DNA of 63,331 bases, filler included, from Bacteroidales bacterium (GCA_035389045.1; 5 parts of 5 records of this genome joined end to end with filler, not necessarily neighbours in it); one strand, 5' to 3'. Numbered from the whole stretch's first letter, positions 9,843-19,445 are shown. Notes: generated by a model not told the origin, from the sequence alone. Numbers and translations are program-made.

Positions 9843-11549
9843 ATGATTAAAAAACAAATACTCATATCCGTTTCGTCACTACTGCTTGTGTCAGTGCTCT
9901 TTACGGTATACTATTTTGTTTACTTAAAGAAAGTGAACATATATGATCTCGTCAATATTGAAATTTCAGGTATTTCCCGGAACCAGTCGGGTAAAATAAA
10001 ATTTACGGGCATCACTCCCGTTAATAAAACAAAAAATATAAATACACCCATTCAAAACAGCCACGGATCTTACCAATCTATTGAAATAACTGTTCCCGAC
10101 ACGCTCATTGCACATATCACTTCAATCCGGATAATCTTAAAAAATAAAACATTCACCTATCAGATCCGCGATCTGTCTTCAACAAAACAATCAGACAACA
10201 CTCATACATTTATATTGCCTCCAGAAATAAAAAGCGGGGGATCATTCATAGAAAAATTATTTGCAGGATATCCGTTTAATGTTATTCTGGCCTCTCCCAG
10301 CCTTAAAAGCATTCTTTTCACCTTGTTGTTTCTTTTTTTTATGTTCCTCCTGCTGACATTGAATGTACTTCCCAAAAGTTATCAGGAAAAATTAATAAAT
10401 CAACTTAAAGAGAAAAAAATCCTGTATACGATACTGACCGTATTATTAATAGTTTTTTTTATATCTCAGGGCCGCGGCGATCTTATTAAAGGTATTGTTA
10501 TATTTTTTTATATCACTTTTATAATTCAGTTTTTCCTGCTGACCAAAAAAAACTTTATATTTTATATTCTCCGTTCGCTTTTAATAATTTTTATTTTTTT
10601 TGAGATTCTTTTCGGGATTCTCAATTCGGAAAACAAAGTTTCCGCTTACTTCTATGATGAGGGCATTTATATGGTCGACACGACCGTCGCATGGAAAAAT
10701 GCACCTGATTGTTTTGAAAAAAGACAAACACGGATATTAGGAAACGATACGGTTTTTAATTGTTTTATCTCAACCGATAGATTCGGTCGAAGGATATCCA
10801 GAGATGATTGTCTGAATGACACAGCCAGAACATACAATACAAAAAAGAAACATGCCATTTTCCTGGGATGTTCTCTGACTTTTGGTTTCGGATTAGATTT
10901 TGACGGTACGATACCCTTTTTATTTGAAAACAAAAATCCCGGATTCAGGTCATACAATTATGGTGTGACAGGCTATGGCCCGCATCAAATGTGCCTGTTC
11001 TTTGATGAAGGGATAAATATTGTTAATGATTCTGCTGTTCCGGAAGATAGCGGTTTCTGTATTTATACCTTTATTAATGACCATCTCGACCGGCTCTACG
11101 GGGGCAGCAGCTGCTATTCCTACAGTGGCGGCAACCCCGATGTCTATGTTAAAGATAACAAATTGGCGCATAAAAAAAGATCACAAATCATTCCATGGTT
11201 CCTGACACATTCCGAAACCATGATTTATTTCAATATCCGGACTACCTATCCAAAAAAGGAAAAATTTTATCAAAGGTTTGCTGATATAATTAATTATATG
11301 GCAGCCAAATATTGGGAAATCAAACCGTATGGTGATTTTTACGTGGGCTTATATCCCGGATGGGCAAGCAATTTGTCCTGGTTATGCTATGTAAACAAAA
11401 AAATTAAAATCCTCAACATTCCGCTCCCTTCTGACTTTGTATCCCAAAACCCGAGGTATGTAATTAGCCGACACGACATGCACCCTTCAAAAGAATTAAA
11501 CTCATATTATGTAAATAAAATTTCCAAATCAATCTTTCACAGCAAATGA
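9843..11549 (+). CDS. Membrane-anchored SGNH/GDSL-like protein, paralog 3
   Basis: FLGCSLTFGFG, NYGVTGYGP, DMHP. Confidence 0.75.
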   Translation: MIKKQILISVSSLLLVSVLFTVYYFVYLKKVNIYDLVNIEISGISRNQSGKIKFTGITPVNKTKNINTPIQNSHGSYQSIEITVPDTLIAHITSIRIILKNKTFTYQIRDLSSTKQSDNTHTFILPPEIKSGGSFIEKLFAGYPFNVILASPSLKSILFTLLFLFFMFLLLTLNVLPKSYQEKLINQLKEKKILYTILTVLLIVFFISQGRGDLIKGIVIFFYITFIIQFFLLTKKNFIFYILRSLLIIFIFFEILFGILNSENKVSAYFYDEGIYMVDTTVAWKNAPDCFEKRQTRILGNDTVFNCFISTDRFGRRISRDDCLNDTARTYNTKKKHAIFLGCSLTFGFGLDFDGTIPFLFENKNPGFRSYNYGVTGYGPHQMCLFFDEGINIVNDSAVPEDSGFCIYTFINDHLDRLYGGSSCYSYSGGNPDVYVKDNKLAHKKRSQIIPWFLTHSETMIYFNIRTTYPKKEKFYQRFADIINYMAAKYWEIKPYGDFYVGLYPGWASNLSWLCYVNKKIKILNIPLPSDFVSQNPRYVISRHDMHPSKELNSYYVNKISKSIFHSK

Positions 11550-11706
11550 ACAGTAACTTTTTATCATTTGCAATTAATATATATGCAAACCACATACAGT
11601 ATCACTCCTGACGCACTTAATTCTCTTTGTATCATGCCTGACATTTGCACGTAGCGTTATTGTCGAAGCTGTTTTTTGTACCTTTTTATCCTTTAAACAA
11701 TTTAAT

Positions 11707-13050
11707 ATGAATACAACTATATTAAAATATAAATCGCTGATTATCTCCATGGGGTTTCTGATCCTGCACCTGGTTTTTTTCTGGCAATGGGCTGTATTTG
11801 CTTCACTCTTCACCGGAATTCTTGGAATTGTTTTAGCACCGTATTTCAAGAGAATAAAGGATTTGGAACAGAACAATGTCAAATGGTTTGAGTTTTTATT
11901 ATTGGGATTGTTTTTGTTACTGCTGACATATTTATCGCTGACAATTTTCTGGTATTGCTCTTGGGTGATAATCCTTGTTGCAGCTACCGCTTATATGCTG
12001 TATGCAGGTTTCCTGTTTAAAAAAACTATTGTTAAAATATTATTTCTTAGTATCTCAGCGGTTTTTTTCGCATTCTTTATCTTTGAATTATATTTATGGA
12101 TTACCAAACCGGAAGAAAAATATAATATCATAACTACCGGAACCTGGGATATCTCCGAAAAGGGTTTATACAATCCCAACCATCCCTACCTTGGATTCGG
12201 ATTAAATAAAGACGGGTCTTTCACCTCAAAAAAGACTCTTAATAATGAAGTTTTGTTTGATGTTTCTTACACGATTAAGAATAATCTGAGATTTACCCCC
12301 AACTCAAACGAAAAAAGTCAAAACTGTGCTTTATTCTTCGGTTGTTCATTTACTTTCGGCGAAGGGCTGGGCGACTCCGTCACTTTACCCTTTTATTTCA
12401 ATAAATACGCCCATGAGGATTATAAAATTTTAAATTATGGTCTGCCCAGTTATGGACCCAATCACATGCTTGCTTTAATTGAGAACCGTGTCAGTAAAGA
12501 CATACAAGGACACAATGACAAAAAAATAGCGATATACAGCTTTATCCCTGAACATATCCACAGGGCTGCAGGGTTTTATTGGTGGGTATGCGGCCCACGT
12601 TATGAGATGATCAAGGGCCAATTACAAAAAACTGGATTTTTCAGAAGTTCTGTTATAGAAAGAAAAGTACTTTCCCTCTCTTATATATATAACAAATTTG
12701 TTTATAAACAAAAGGCAGCTCATTATGATTTTATACGAACCGTGGAAATCATTAAAAAGTCTAACGAACTTCTAAAGAAAAACGGAGTAATTCTCTATGT
12801 TTTTATATGGAATTATTGTGGATTTGATGATATGTTCAAAAATAAAAACGACTATCTTTATTTTCTGGACGAGATGAAAAAAAATCACATTAAAACATTT
12901 TTCCTCCTTGATGCAATTCCTGATCATGATAGTGATTTTGCAAAATATTCCATACCGGTTGATGGGCATCCTAACGGCCTGGTTAATGAAAAAATTGCAC
13001 AGTACCTGTACATGCAAATACACGATAGTACAGTCATCAGCAATGAATAA
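11707..13050 (+). CDS. SGNH/GDSL-like membrane protein with an SxtJ-like N-terminus
   Basis: FFGCSFTFGEG, NYGLPSYGP, DGHP; N-terminal LIISMGFLILHLVFFWQWAVFASL resembles LVISMGFLVLYLIFAWKWAIYVSL in 13214..13573. Confidence 0.72.
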   Translation: MNTTILKYKSLIISMGFLILHLVFFWQWAVFASLFTGILGIVLAPYFKRIKDLEQNNVKWFEFLLLGLFLLLLTYLSLTIFWYCSWVIILVAATAYMLYAGFLFKKTIVKILFLSISAVFFAFFIFELYLWITKPEEKYNIITTGTWDISEKGLYNPNHPYLGFGLNKDGSFTSKKTLNNEVLFDVSYTIKNNLRFTPNSNEKSQNCALFFGCSFTFGEGLGDSVTLPFYFNKYAHEDYKILNYGLPSYGPNHMLALIENRVSKDIQGHNDKKIAIYSFIPEHIHRAAGFYWWVCGPRYEMIKGQLQKTGFFRSSVIERKVLSLSYIYNKFVYKQKAAHYDFIRTVEIIKKSNELLKKNGVILYVFIWNYCGFDDMFKNKNDYLYFLDEMKKNHIKTFFLLDAIPDHDSDFAKYSIPVDGHPNGLVNEKIAQYLYMQIHDSTVISNE

Positions 13051-13213
13051 ACCTTTATGAATTTATTAACTCATATGCGTTCATATATACGAGTACTGCT
13101 TAAATATCTTACGCCTGCTTATTTATTTCTTTTGATATTTTATAACTGTTGATTACTTTTGCTAACGCAAATGCACTGCAGCCATTTTTTAATTTAATAA
13201 TAATGAAAAAAAA

Positions 13214-13573
13214 ATGAAAAAAGATACGTCAAAATCAACGATGCTGGTTATTTCGATGGGGTTTCTGGTTTTATACCTGATATTTGCCTGGAAATGGGCG
13301 ATCTATGTATCACTCGCCGTAGGACTTATTGGCATTATTTCAACTTTTTTAAGCAGCAAAATCGAGTGGGCGTGGATGAAATTATCAAAAATCCTGGGAT
13401 ACATAATCCCCAATATTTTATTAAGCCTGGTGTTTTACCTGCTTTTGTTTCCCTTATCCTTTTTTTCAAAACTGTCCCGAAAAGACCCGCTGATGCTGTC
13501 TGATAAATACCAAACTTATTTTGTTGATATCAATAAAGAACCTGATAAAAAAAGTTTTGAAAATATTTTTTAA
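13214..13573 (+). CDS. SxtJ-family membrane protein
   Basis: WAWMKLSKILGYIIPNILLSLVFYLLLFP...KDPL...FENIF pattern; carbamoyltransferase context. Confidence 0.85.
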   Translation: MKKDTSKSTMLVISMGFLVLYLIFAWKWAIYVSLAVGLIGIISTFLSSKIEWAWMKLSKILGYIIPNILLSLVFYLLLFPLSFFSKLSRKDPLMLSDKYQTYFVDINKEPDKKSFENIF

Positions 13574-13637
13574 AGCTTTCGCGATCGTTCATCTCATACA
13601 CTGTTTTTGTCGCTGCACAAAAAATGTGTACGGGTAT

Positions 13638-13689
13638 TAAGAAATTGTTTTGATTTTATCTTTTCATATCTTTATGCGTCTTTTTTGCT
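13638..13689 (+). mobile_element. End A of a multicopy TIR element (MITE/IS), at a contig break
   Basis: 52 bp identical to 40976-41027; begins TAAGAAATTGTTTTGATTTTAT. Confidence 0.75.
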
Positions 13690-13789
13690 NNNNNNNNNNN
13701 NNNNNNNNNNNNNNNNNNNNNNNNNNNNNNNNNTTAATTAATTAANNNNNNNNNNNNNNNNNNNNNNNNNNNNNNNNNNNNNNNNNNNN
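13690..13789. other. Artificial contig linker
   Basis: N44-TTAATTAATTAA-N44 (stop codons in all six frames). Confidence 0.99.
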
Positions 13790-14692
13790 ATGGACCAACC
13801 CAAACTCGAACGCCTGCTGCGCCTGATGAAAATGCTTACGGCAAACAACACCTACACTGTTGAAGATATCAGCGAACGCCTCGAAATTTCGGTACGTACA
13901 GTATACCGGTATATAGATACGTTCCGTAACGCAGGATTTGTTATAAAGAAAAAAGATGACGTGATAAAACTCGACACTTCTTCGCCTTATTTCAAAGACA
14001 TCAGCGAGCTGGTGCATTTTACCGAGGAAGAAGCATACATCCTGAAATCCGCCATAGAAAGTATAGACGAGAATAACCTGTTAAAGCAAAATCTGAAAAA
14101 GAAATTATACACCGTATATGATTACAAGATTCTGGCCGATACTATAGTCAGCGGAAAAAACGCCTCCAATGTAAAATCGCTGGTGGATGCCATTTCAGAA
14201 AAAAAACAGGTGATATTGCACAAGTACTCATCAGCGCACGGCAACAGGGTTTCAGACCGCCAGGTGGAGCCTTTTGCATTTACCACCAATTATATTCAGG
14301 TGTGGTGCTACGAACCAGAAAGCAAATCCAATAAATTATTTAAGGTTGCCCGTATGTCCGGCGTGGAAATATTGAAGAACCAATGGCAATTCGAACCCTC
14401 GCACAAAGCTGGATTTATCGACATCTTCCGTATGCACAGCGACAAATTATTGCCTGTTAAAATGACGCTGAGTGTCCGCGCCGTGAACCTCCTCCTCGAA
14501 GAATATCCATTGGCGGCACAACACATCAGCATGGTGGATGAAAACTCCTGGTTACTTGAAACCAATGTTTGTTCCTATGAAGGCGCAGGACGTTTCGTGC
14601 TGGGGCTGATGGACGACATTTCAGAAATCCAGCCCCCTGCTTTCCGTGAATTTTTAATCAGCCGGGTTAAAAAAATCGAAAAAAAATTGTAG
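13790..14692 (+). CDS. HTH-WYL-WCX transcriptional regulator (WYL-1)
   Basis: ERLEISVRTVYRYIDTF HTH; RQVEPFAF...VWCYE...KLFKVARM WYL core. Confidence 0.9.
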   Translation: MDQPKLERLLRLMKMLTANNTYTVEDISERLEISVRTVYRYIDTFRNAGFVIKKKDDVIKLDTSSPYFKDISELVHFTEEEAYILKSAIESIDENNLLKQNLKKKLYTVYDYKILADTIVSGKNASNVKSLVDAISEKKQVILHKYSSAHGNRVSDRQVEPFAFTTNYIQVWCYEPESKSNKLFKVARMSGVEILKNQWQFEPSHKAGFIDIFRMHSDKLLPVKMTLSVRAVNLLLEEYPLAAQHISMVDENSWLLETNVCSYEGAGRFVLGLMDDISEIQPPAFREFLISRVKKIEKKL

Positions 14693-14726
14693 TGTCATAA
14701 GTTGACAAAACCACATGGTTATTTTG
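14693..14726 (+). promoter_or_regulatory. Candidate WYL-1 operator plus -7-like box for the HIRAN operon
   Basis: TGTCA-N5-TGACA at 14693-14707 and TTATTTTG at 14719-14726. Confidence 0.6.
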
Positions 14727-14756
14727 TATCGTCAAACGATATAAATACCTATAACC

Positions 14757-15089
14757 ATGGAAAAGAGAAGACATTTTAAGACCTTTCACGTCGCCGGATT
14801 TACTTACTGGGATGGATGCATCGTGTTCAACGATTTAAAAATCGGCACGGAATTAACCCTGAAACGGGAGGAAGACAACAAGTTCGACCCTTACGCTGTA
14901 GCCATTTATTACAATGAGCACAAGCTGGGTTTTGTCCCGAAGGATTCCAACAAAGAGATCGACAAATTTCTCGAACAGGGATACGACGATATCTTTGAAG
15001 TGCGGATCAACCGGATTGCACCCGACGAACACCCCGAAAACCAGGTGCATGTGATCGTGTTTCTAAAGGCTAAAGAACTTCCCGGATAA
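14757..15089 (+). CDS. Stand-alone HIRAN domain protein
   Basis: FHVAGFTY, LKREEDNKFDPYAVAIY, KLGFVPK. Confidence 0.9.
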   Translation: MEKRRHFKTFHVAGFTYWDGCIVFNDLKIGTELTLKREEDNKFDPYAVAIYYNEHKLGFVPKDSNKEIDKFLEQGYDDIFEVRINRIAPDEHPENQVHVIVFLKAKELPG

Positions 15090-15101
15090 GAGAACGGTTT
15101 T

Positions 15102-15302
15102 ATGACATTGGCCAGCTTTATCATTAGCCTTGTGGCTGTCATGGTATTATCCCGCCTGTTCGGTGGCTTTTTATTGAGTTTCTTATCACTCCTGAAATAT
15201 GCGTTGTTAATAGTGTTGCTGCCTTTGTGGGTAATCCTTTTTATCTTATATTTTATTCTGATAATATTCAGTAAAGAAAAAGCAAATGAAGGCAGCGGAT
15301 AA
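15102..15302 (+). CDS. Small hydrophobic membrane protein (66 aa)
   Basis: Two hydrophobic stretches; operon-like spacing (12 bp and 16 bp gaps). Confidence 0.55.
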   Translation: MTLASFIISLVAVMVLSRLFGGFLLSFLSLLKYALLIVLLPLWVILFILYFILIIFSKEKANEGSG

Positions 15303-15318
15303 AAATTTATTAAAATAA

Positions 15319-17055
15319 ATGATGGACCCTATAGTAAAATTCAGCAGGAGAATTGTTAAGCTAAATCTTTTACACAACGAAATAAAAGATATGATGACTC
15401 AGATAATTGCAGGTTACGATAATCTGGCTGAAAACAGTTATTTTCAGTCATGCATTGCTGAGTTGGGAAACTTTGAGCAATATCGTTCCGATTTTGTTAT
15501 TGAAAAATCTTACAATGATTTTCTACTTCAGTATATTTTAAATCTCAGGGGTGAAATCATTGCCTCAAAAGTATATGGACTACATTTCGCTCTCGTTTTT
15601 TCCTTAAACGGATATATTATTAAAAGTTTTGCAGATGAGGTCAGAGAATTTAAATATCATAGAAATTTATTTTTTAAAAACCTGGCACTGATAAGCAAAA
15701 ATGATGGTGATGAATCGCTGTGTGGCCTGATATCCGATACCGGAGAATTTGTAGTTCAGCCCGTTTACAAAGAAATCAGTTACCTCTATTTCCTTTATAA
15801 CAAGGTTTATTTTTTGGTAACCGATAAGTATAACAGTAAAGGAATCATAGACCATTGCGGAAGAATTGTTCTTCCTGTTATTTATGATGATATTAAGGTT
15901 AATACTATTTCGTTCAGTTATAATCATGATTTTATTGCTGTTAAAAAGAAGAAATATTACCTGATAAATTTCAAATGCGATTATGAGCAAATTGATAAGG
16001 TTTATTTTACAAAAGGTGAAAATTGTAAAATACTTAAAGTGTTTTCTTCAATAATAGAATCGTTCAATTCAACTTATATTGCTCATAAAGGAAAAAGGCA
16101 ATATTGGCTGGATTCCGGGCTTAGTGAAATACTTGCAGGAAAGGGGGTTTTTAATAAAATTAACGTCTTTTCTGATGAGGTGGATCCTTATGATGAAGTG
16201 CTGTTTGCCTGCGTAAAATCGGAGACGGGGAAATGGGGTATGTATAAGTACAACGAGAAAAGATGGTTTCCATGCGTATATGACAGGGTTGTTGTTTTAA
16301 AAAACAAATATCCTGTCTTCAGGCAATACGAGAATGTCGTACTTGTTAAAGGTAAAAATAAATACCTCTATAATTTTGAACGAAATATATCCATTAATAT
16401 ACCTGATGAGATTATTCCCCTTAGTATAAAGGAGTTCCGTGAAGACAACAGTACCTATTATGCTGCTTCGCATTGTGCAAACAAAATGTGGGCGGTTTTT
16501 GACAAGAATTTCAACCCGCTGACGGGCTATATCTTTCATCATGCCCCGGATTTCAGGAATTCTAACAAAGGTGTTCAGGTGTTTGTACCTGAATTTATGA
16601 TGCGTGATACCGAAATTGACTGGGACAATGAGTTTTATTTCTCTGTCAAAGAATTTTTCAGGGTTTTTGGTAAAAGAAAACACAGAAGTAAATCGGAATT
16701 TTTAAAAAATATAGATAAGGATTTTGTTACTGCTGAACAGAAAAAAGGAATTCTTTTCTCTGATATGTATGTTGCAGGAACTTATTATTTTGATTCCTGG
16801 GAGGCATCCTTCCATATAAATGTAAATGATGAATTATACCTGAAGGGTGATTTGACTGACATTCGCGATCGTTCAGCTATTTCTTTGTATTATAAACATA
16901 AGGAAAATGAATATAAGCTCGGTTACCTACCCCGTTTTTTGAATCGGGATATTCGTGAATTTGCAAGGACAGGCGTAAAATTCAGAATACTCGTCACTAC
17001 GGTACATATCAGAAACAATATTGCTGATATAATATTTAACATAGTGGGAGAATAA
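15319..17055 (+). CDS. WG-repeat-like protein with a C-terminal HIRAN domain
   Basis: Repeats GLISDTGEFVVQPVY, GIIDHCGRIVLPVIYDDI and GKWGMY; C-terminus MYVAGTYY...DRSAISLYY...KLGYLPR parallels the adjacent HIRAN protein. Confidence 0.65.
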   Translation: MMDPIVKFSRRIVKLNLLHNEIKDMMTQIIAGYDNLAENSYFQSCIAELGNFEQYRSDFVIEKSYNDFLLQYILNLRGEIIASKVYGLHFALVFSLNGYIIKSFADEVREFKYHRNLFFKNLALISKNDGDESLCGLISDTGEFVVQPVYKEISYLYFLYNKVYFLVTDKYNSKGIIDHCGRIVLPVIYDDIKVNTISFSYNHDFIAVKKKKYYLINFKCDYEQIDKVYFTKGENCKILKVFSSIIESFNSTYIAHKGKRQYWLDSGLSEILAGKGVFNKINVFSDEVDPYDEVLFACVKSETGKWGMYKYNEKRWFPCVYDRVVVLKNKYPVFRQYENVVLVKGKNKYLYNFERNISINIPDEIIPLSIKEFREDNSTYYAASHCANKMWAVFDKNFNPLTGYIFHHAPDFRNSNKGVQVFVPEFMMRDTEIDWDNEFYFSVKEFFRVFGKRKHRSKSEFLKNIDKDFVTAEQKKGILFSDMYVAGTYYFDSWEASFHINVNDELYLKGDLTDIRDRSAISLYYKHKENEYKLGYLPRFLNRDIREFARTGVKFRILVTTVHIRNNIADIIFNIVGE

Positions 17056-17339
17056 AAATAAAATTTAAAAACAAAGTAATCCAGATGAAAAATAAAACAA
17101 AATCTGATAAACCTTCAACCAAAGCAAAACAAAGTGCACAAACAGAAAGACTCAATATCGGATTTTCACAATTAAAATTCATTGTTACTTATTGATTTTT
17201 TAATAAACACACTCAAAAAACTGTCAAGTACGTCTCACATCTCAGGCGCACCGATAGACAAAGACATTAATAAACCATGATTATCAAATGTTTATTGTCA
17301 GTATAAAAAGGATAAAAAATAAAATATAAAACATTCACT

Positions 17340-17729
17340 ATGGCTGCATTTAATAACATATTCATTAACAAAAATATGCTTCCATTGTCAGATGCGGAAA
17401 AGGAGCTAATACCCGATGATAAGAGATGGCAAACTGACGACGATCTGCCTTGCGCTTTCCGGTATATTTACATTACTGATGAAGGGGAATTTTTACAGGA
17501 AGTTTACGATGGGGAACCAATACCCGCTAATGAATTGCCCAAAAAATCAGTGAAAAGAAAAAAACCATTGATGCATCAGGCAAACAAACACCTGGCGCCA
17601 ATTAATCATTGCTGCGGACCTGTAAATTTTTTTGGTGATGTTAATGGCCAGTGGTATGATTTCGATGCATATTTTACACGTGGTAAGCTTCAAAAAATTT
17701 CACATAATAAGTACTTCGATTTCAAATAG
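17340..17729 (+). CDS. Hypothetical protein
   Basis: 129-aa ORF, ATG start, no recognised motif. Confidence 0.65.
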   Translation: MAAFNNIFINKNMLPLSDAEKELIPDDKRWQTDDDLPCAFRYIYITDEGEFLQEVYDGEPIPANELPKKSVKRKKPLMHQANKHLAPINHCCGPVNFFGDVNGQWYDFDAYFTRGKLQKISHNKYFDFK

Positions 17730-17841
17730 CACGCATTGTATGTGCTGGTTAGCATAAAAGCAATTTGAATATTCCTGGTACGATGTGGCTTTGTTTTAAG
17801 CAATTTTTTAAATTTTTTTCGTTTATATATGAAAAAAATCC

Positions 17842-19389
17842 TTGAAAAAAATTCTGAAAATCTTTTCGGTAATTGCCGGGGGCCTTTTGTTCATACTGTT
17901 ATTCAGTGAGCAATCTGTTGGCATAAATCTCCCGTTGTTCGGACTATACGTATTATTGCTCTCATTGGTCTACCGGAAAAAGCCAATCAATCCCGGGCCT
18001 GCTTTCTACATAGCATTGGGAGGATGGCTGTTAACTTCATTATCTGCGATAATATTCAATACGGCGCTTGCCATCAGCATGAATATCATATCACTGATTC
18101 TCCTTTGCGGCTTGTTGCAAGCTGAAAGGATCAAATCCCCCGTATTCGGGTTTATGCACTCGGTCGTCATTTTTGCATTGGCAATACCCAGACTGTTTTC
18201 AGAACCATTTTTAATCTTCAAAAGCAAAATTCGCAGCACCTCAAAACTATTAAATATCGCTTTGGGAACACTCATTGTCACTGGCGTGTTTGCCTTGTTC
18301 ACGATACTTTTTGCTTCATCCAATCCGGTCTTTAATAGTTTGGTCAATTCCATTTTTGGAGATTTTTTTACCCGACTGGCCAGGCTCTTTCAACGCCTGA
18401 ATTACGCAGACATCTTTCTTTTCCTGTCAGGCGCAGTGATATGTACGGCCTTTTTTGTTTCTGCCAACAACTCTTTTTTTACCGGCGAAGATGCCCGGTC
18501 ATCAGACAATATTTACAGAAACAGAAAACCCTTGGTTTGCAAAAATAAAATTTCGTGGCGCGGCCTGTATTACGAAAACAAACTGGGAATTATTCTGCTA
18601 TCCCTGCTTAACCTGCTTATCCTTATTTTCAATATTATTGATATCAAATGGCTTTGGTTTGATTTTGCGTGGGATGGTGATTTTATGAAGCCGTTTGTTC
18701 ATGAAGGTACTTTTATCCTGATTTTTTCAATCGTATTGTCAATGACCCTGGTATTGTTGTTTTTCAGGAAGAATCTTAATTTCTTTAAAAAATCCGCACG
18801 GCTCAGAATTCTGGTTTATATCTGGCTGGTACAAAACCTGGTGGTAACGGCATCGGTGGCCCGGCGCACCTGCCTTTACGTAGAACATTTCAACCTGGCC
18901 TACCTCAGGATAGGGGTTTTCTTTTTCCTGCTGGCGGTAGTGTTCGGGCTGGCAACCGTGTTTTACAAAGTGTATGCAAAAAAATCAGCGTACTACCTGT
19001 TGAGCACCAACACATTATTTGTTTTCTGTGGCTTATGCCTGATGGCTGTTTTTAACTGGAACAGCATCGTGGCCAGTTATAACATCCGTCATTCGGGGGA
19101 TGCTTATTTTCACCGCGATTTTATGATAACCATGCCCGATGCGGTGTTGCCGCTGCTGCTCGAAAACCGGGAACTTTTTGATTACCCGTTCTCACACAAT
19201 GAATACCACGAGTACGTTTATAAACATTTCAGGACAGATTCAACGACCAATAACTACCGTGATTTGCTTGATAAAAAAATTAAAACCTTTTCGGATGAAT
19301 ACCCGCAAAGAAGTTGGCAATCTTGGAATTATGCAGATTTTATATCTTACAAAAAGGTCGTATCACAACAGATTACGCCGACAAATTAA
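17842..19389 (+). CDS. DUF4153/DUF4173-like multi-pass membrane protein
   Basis: LFASSNPVF, VHEGTF, Y..HFNLAYLRIG, IVASYNI motifs; many TM helices. Confidence 0.75.
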   Translation: MKKILKIFSVIAGGLLFILLFSEQSVGINLPLFGLYVLLLSLVYRKKPINPGPAFYIALGGWLLTSLSAIIFNTALAISMNIISLILLCGLLQAERIKSPVFGFMHSVVIFALAIPRLFSEPFLIFKSKIRSTSKLLNIALGTLIVTGVFALFTILFASSNPVFNSLVNSIFGDFFTRLARLFQRLNYADIFLFLSGAVICTAFFVSANNSFFTGEDARSSDNIYRNRKPLVCKNKISWRGLYYENKLGIILLSLLNLLILIFNIIDIKWLWFDFAWDGDFMKPFVHEGTFILIFSIVLSMTLVLLFFRKNLNFFKKSARLRILVYIWLVQNLVVTASVARRTCLYVEHFNLAYLRIGVFFFLLAVVFGLATVFYKVYAKKSAYYLLSTNTLFVFCGLCLMAVFNWNSIVASYNIRHSGDAYFHRDFMITMPDAVLPLLLENRELFDYPFSHNEYHEYVYKHFRTDSTTNNYRDLLDKKIKTFSDEYPQRSWQSWNYADFISYKKVVSQQITPTN

Positions 19390-19445
19390 AATCTCGGTTA
19401 TGTTCTTTCCGCCAATGTATGAAGTTTTTGTTTATTTTGATAAAT

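Noticed and set aside
3514..13573. Saxitoxin biosynthesis cluster
   Set aside because: Only the widespread sxtI/J/K/L-like module is present; there is no sxtA, sxtG or other core gene.
13734..13745. TTAATTAATTAA palindrome recurring four times
   Set aside because: It sits within fixed N runs and is a synthetic six-frame-stop linker, not biology.
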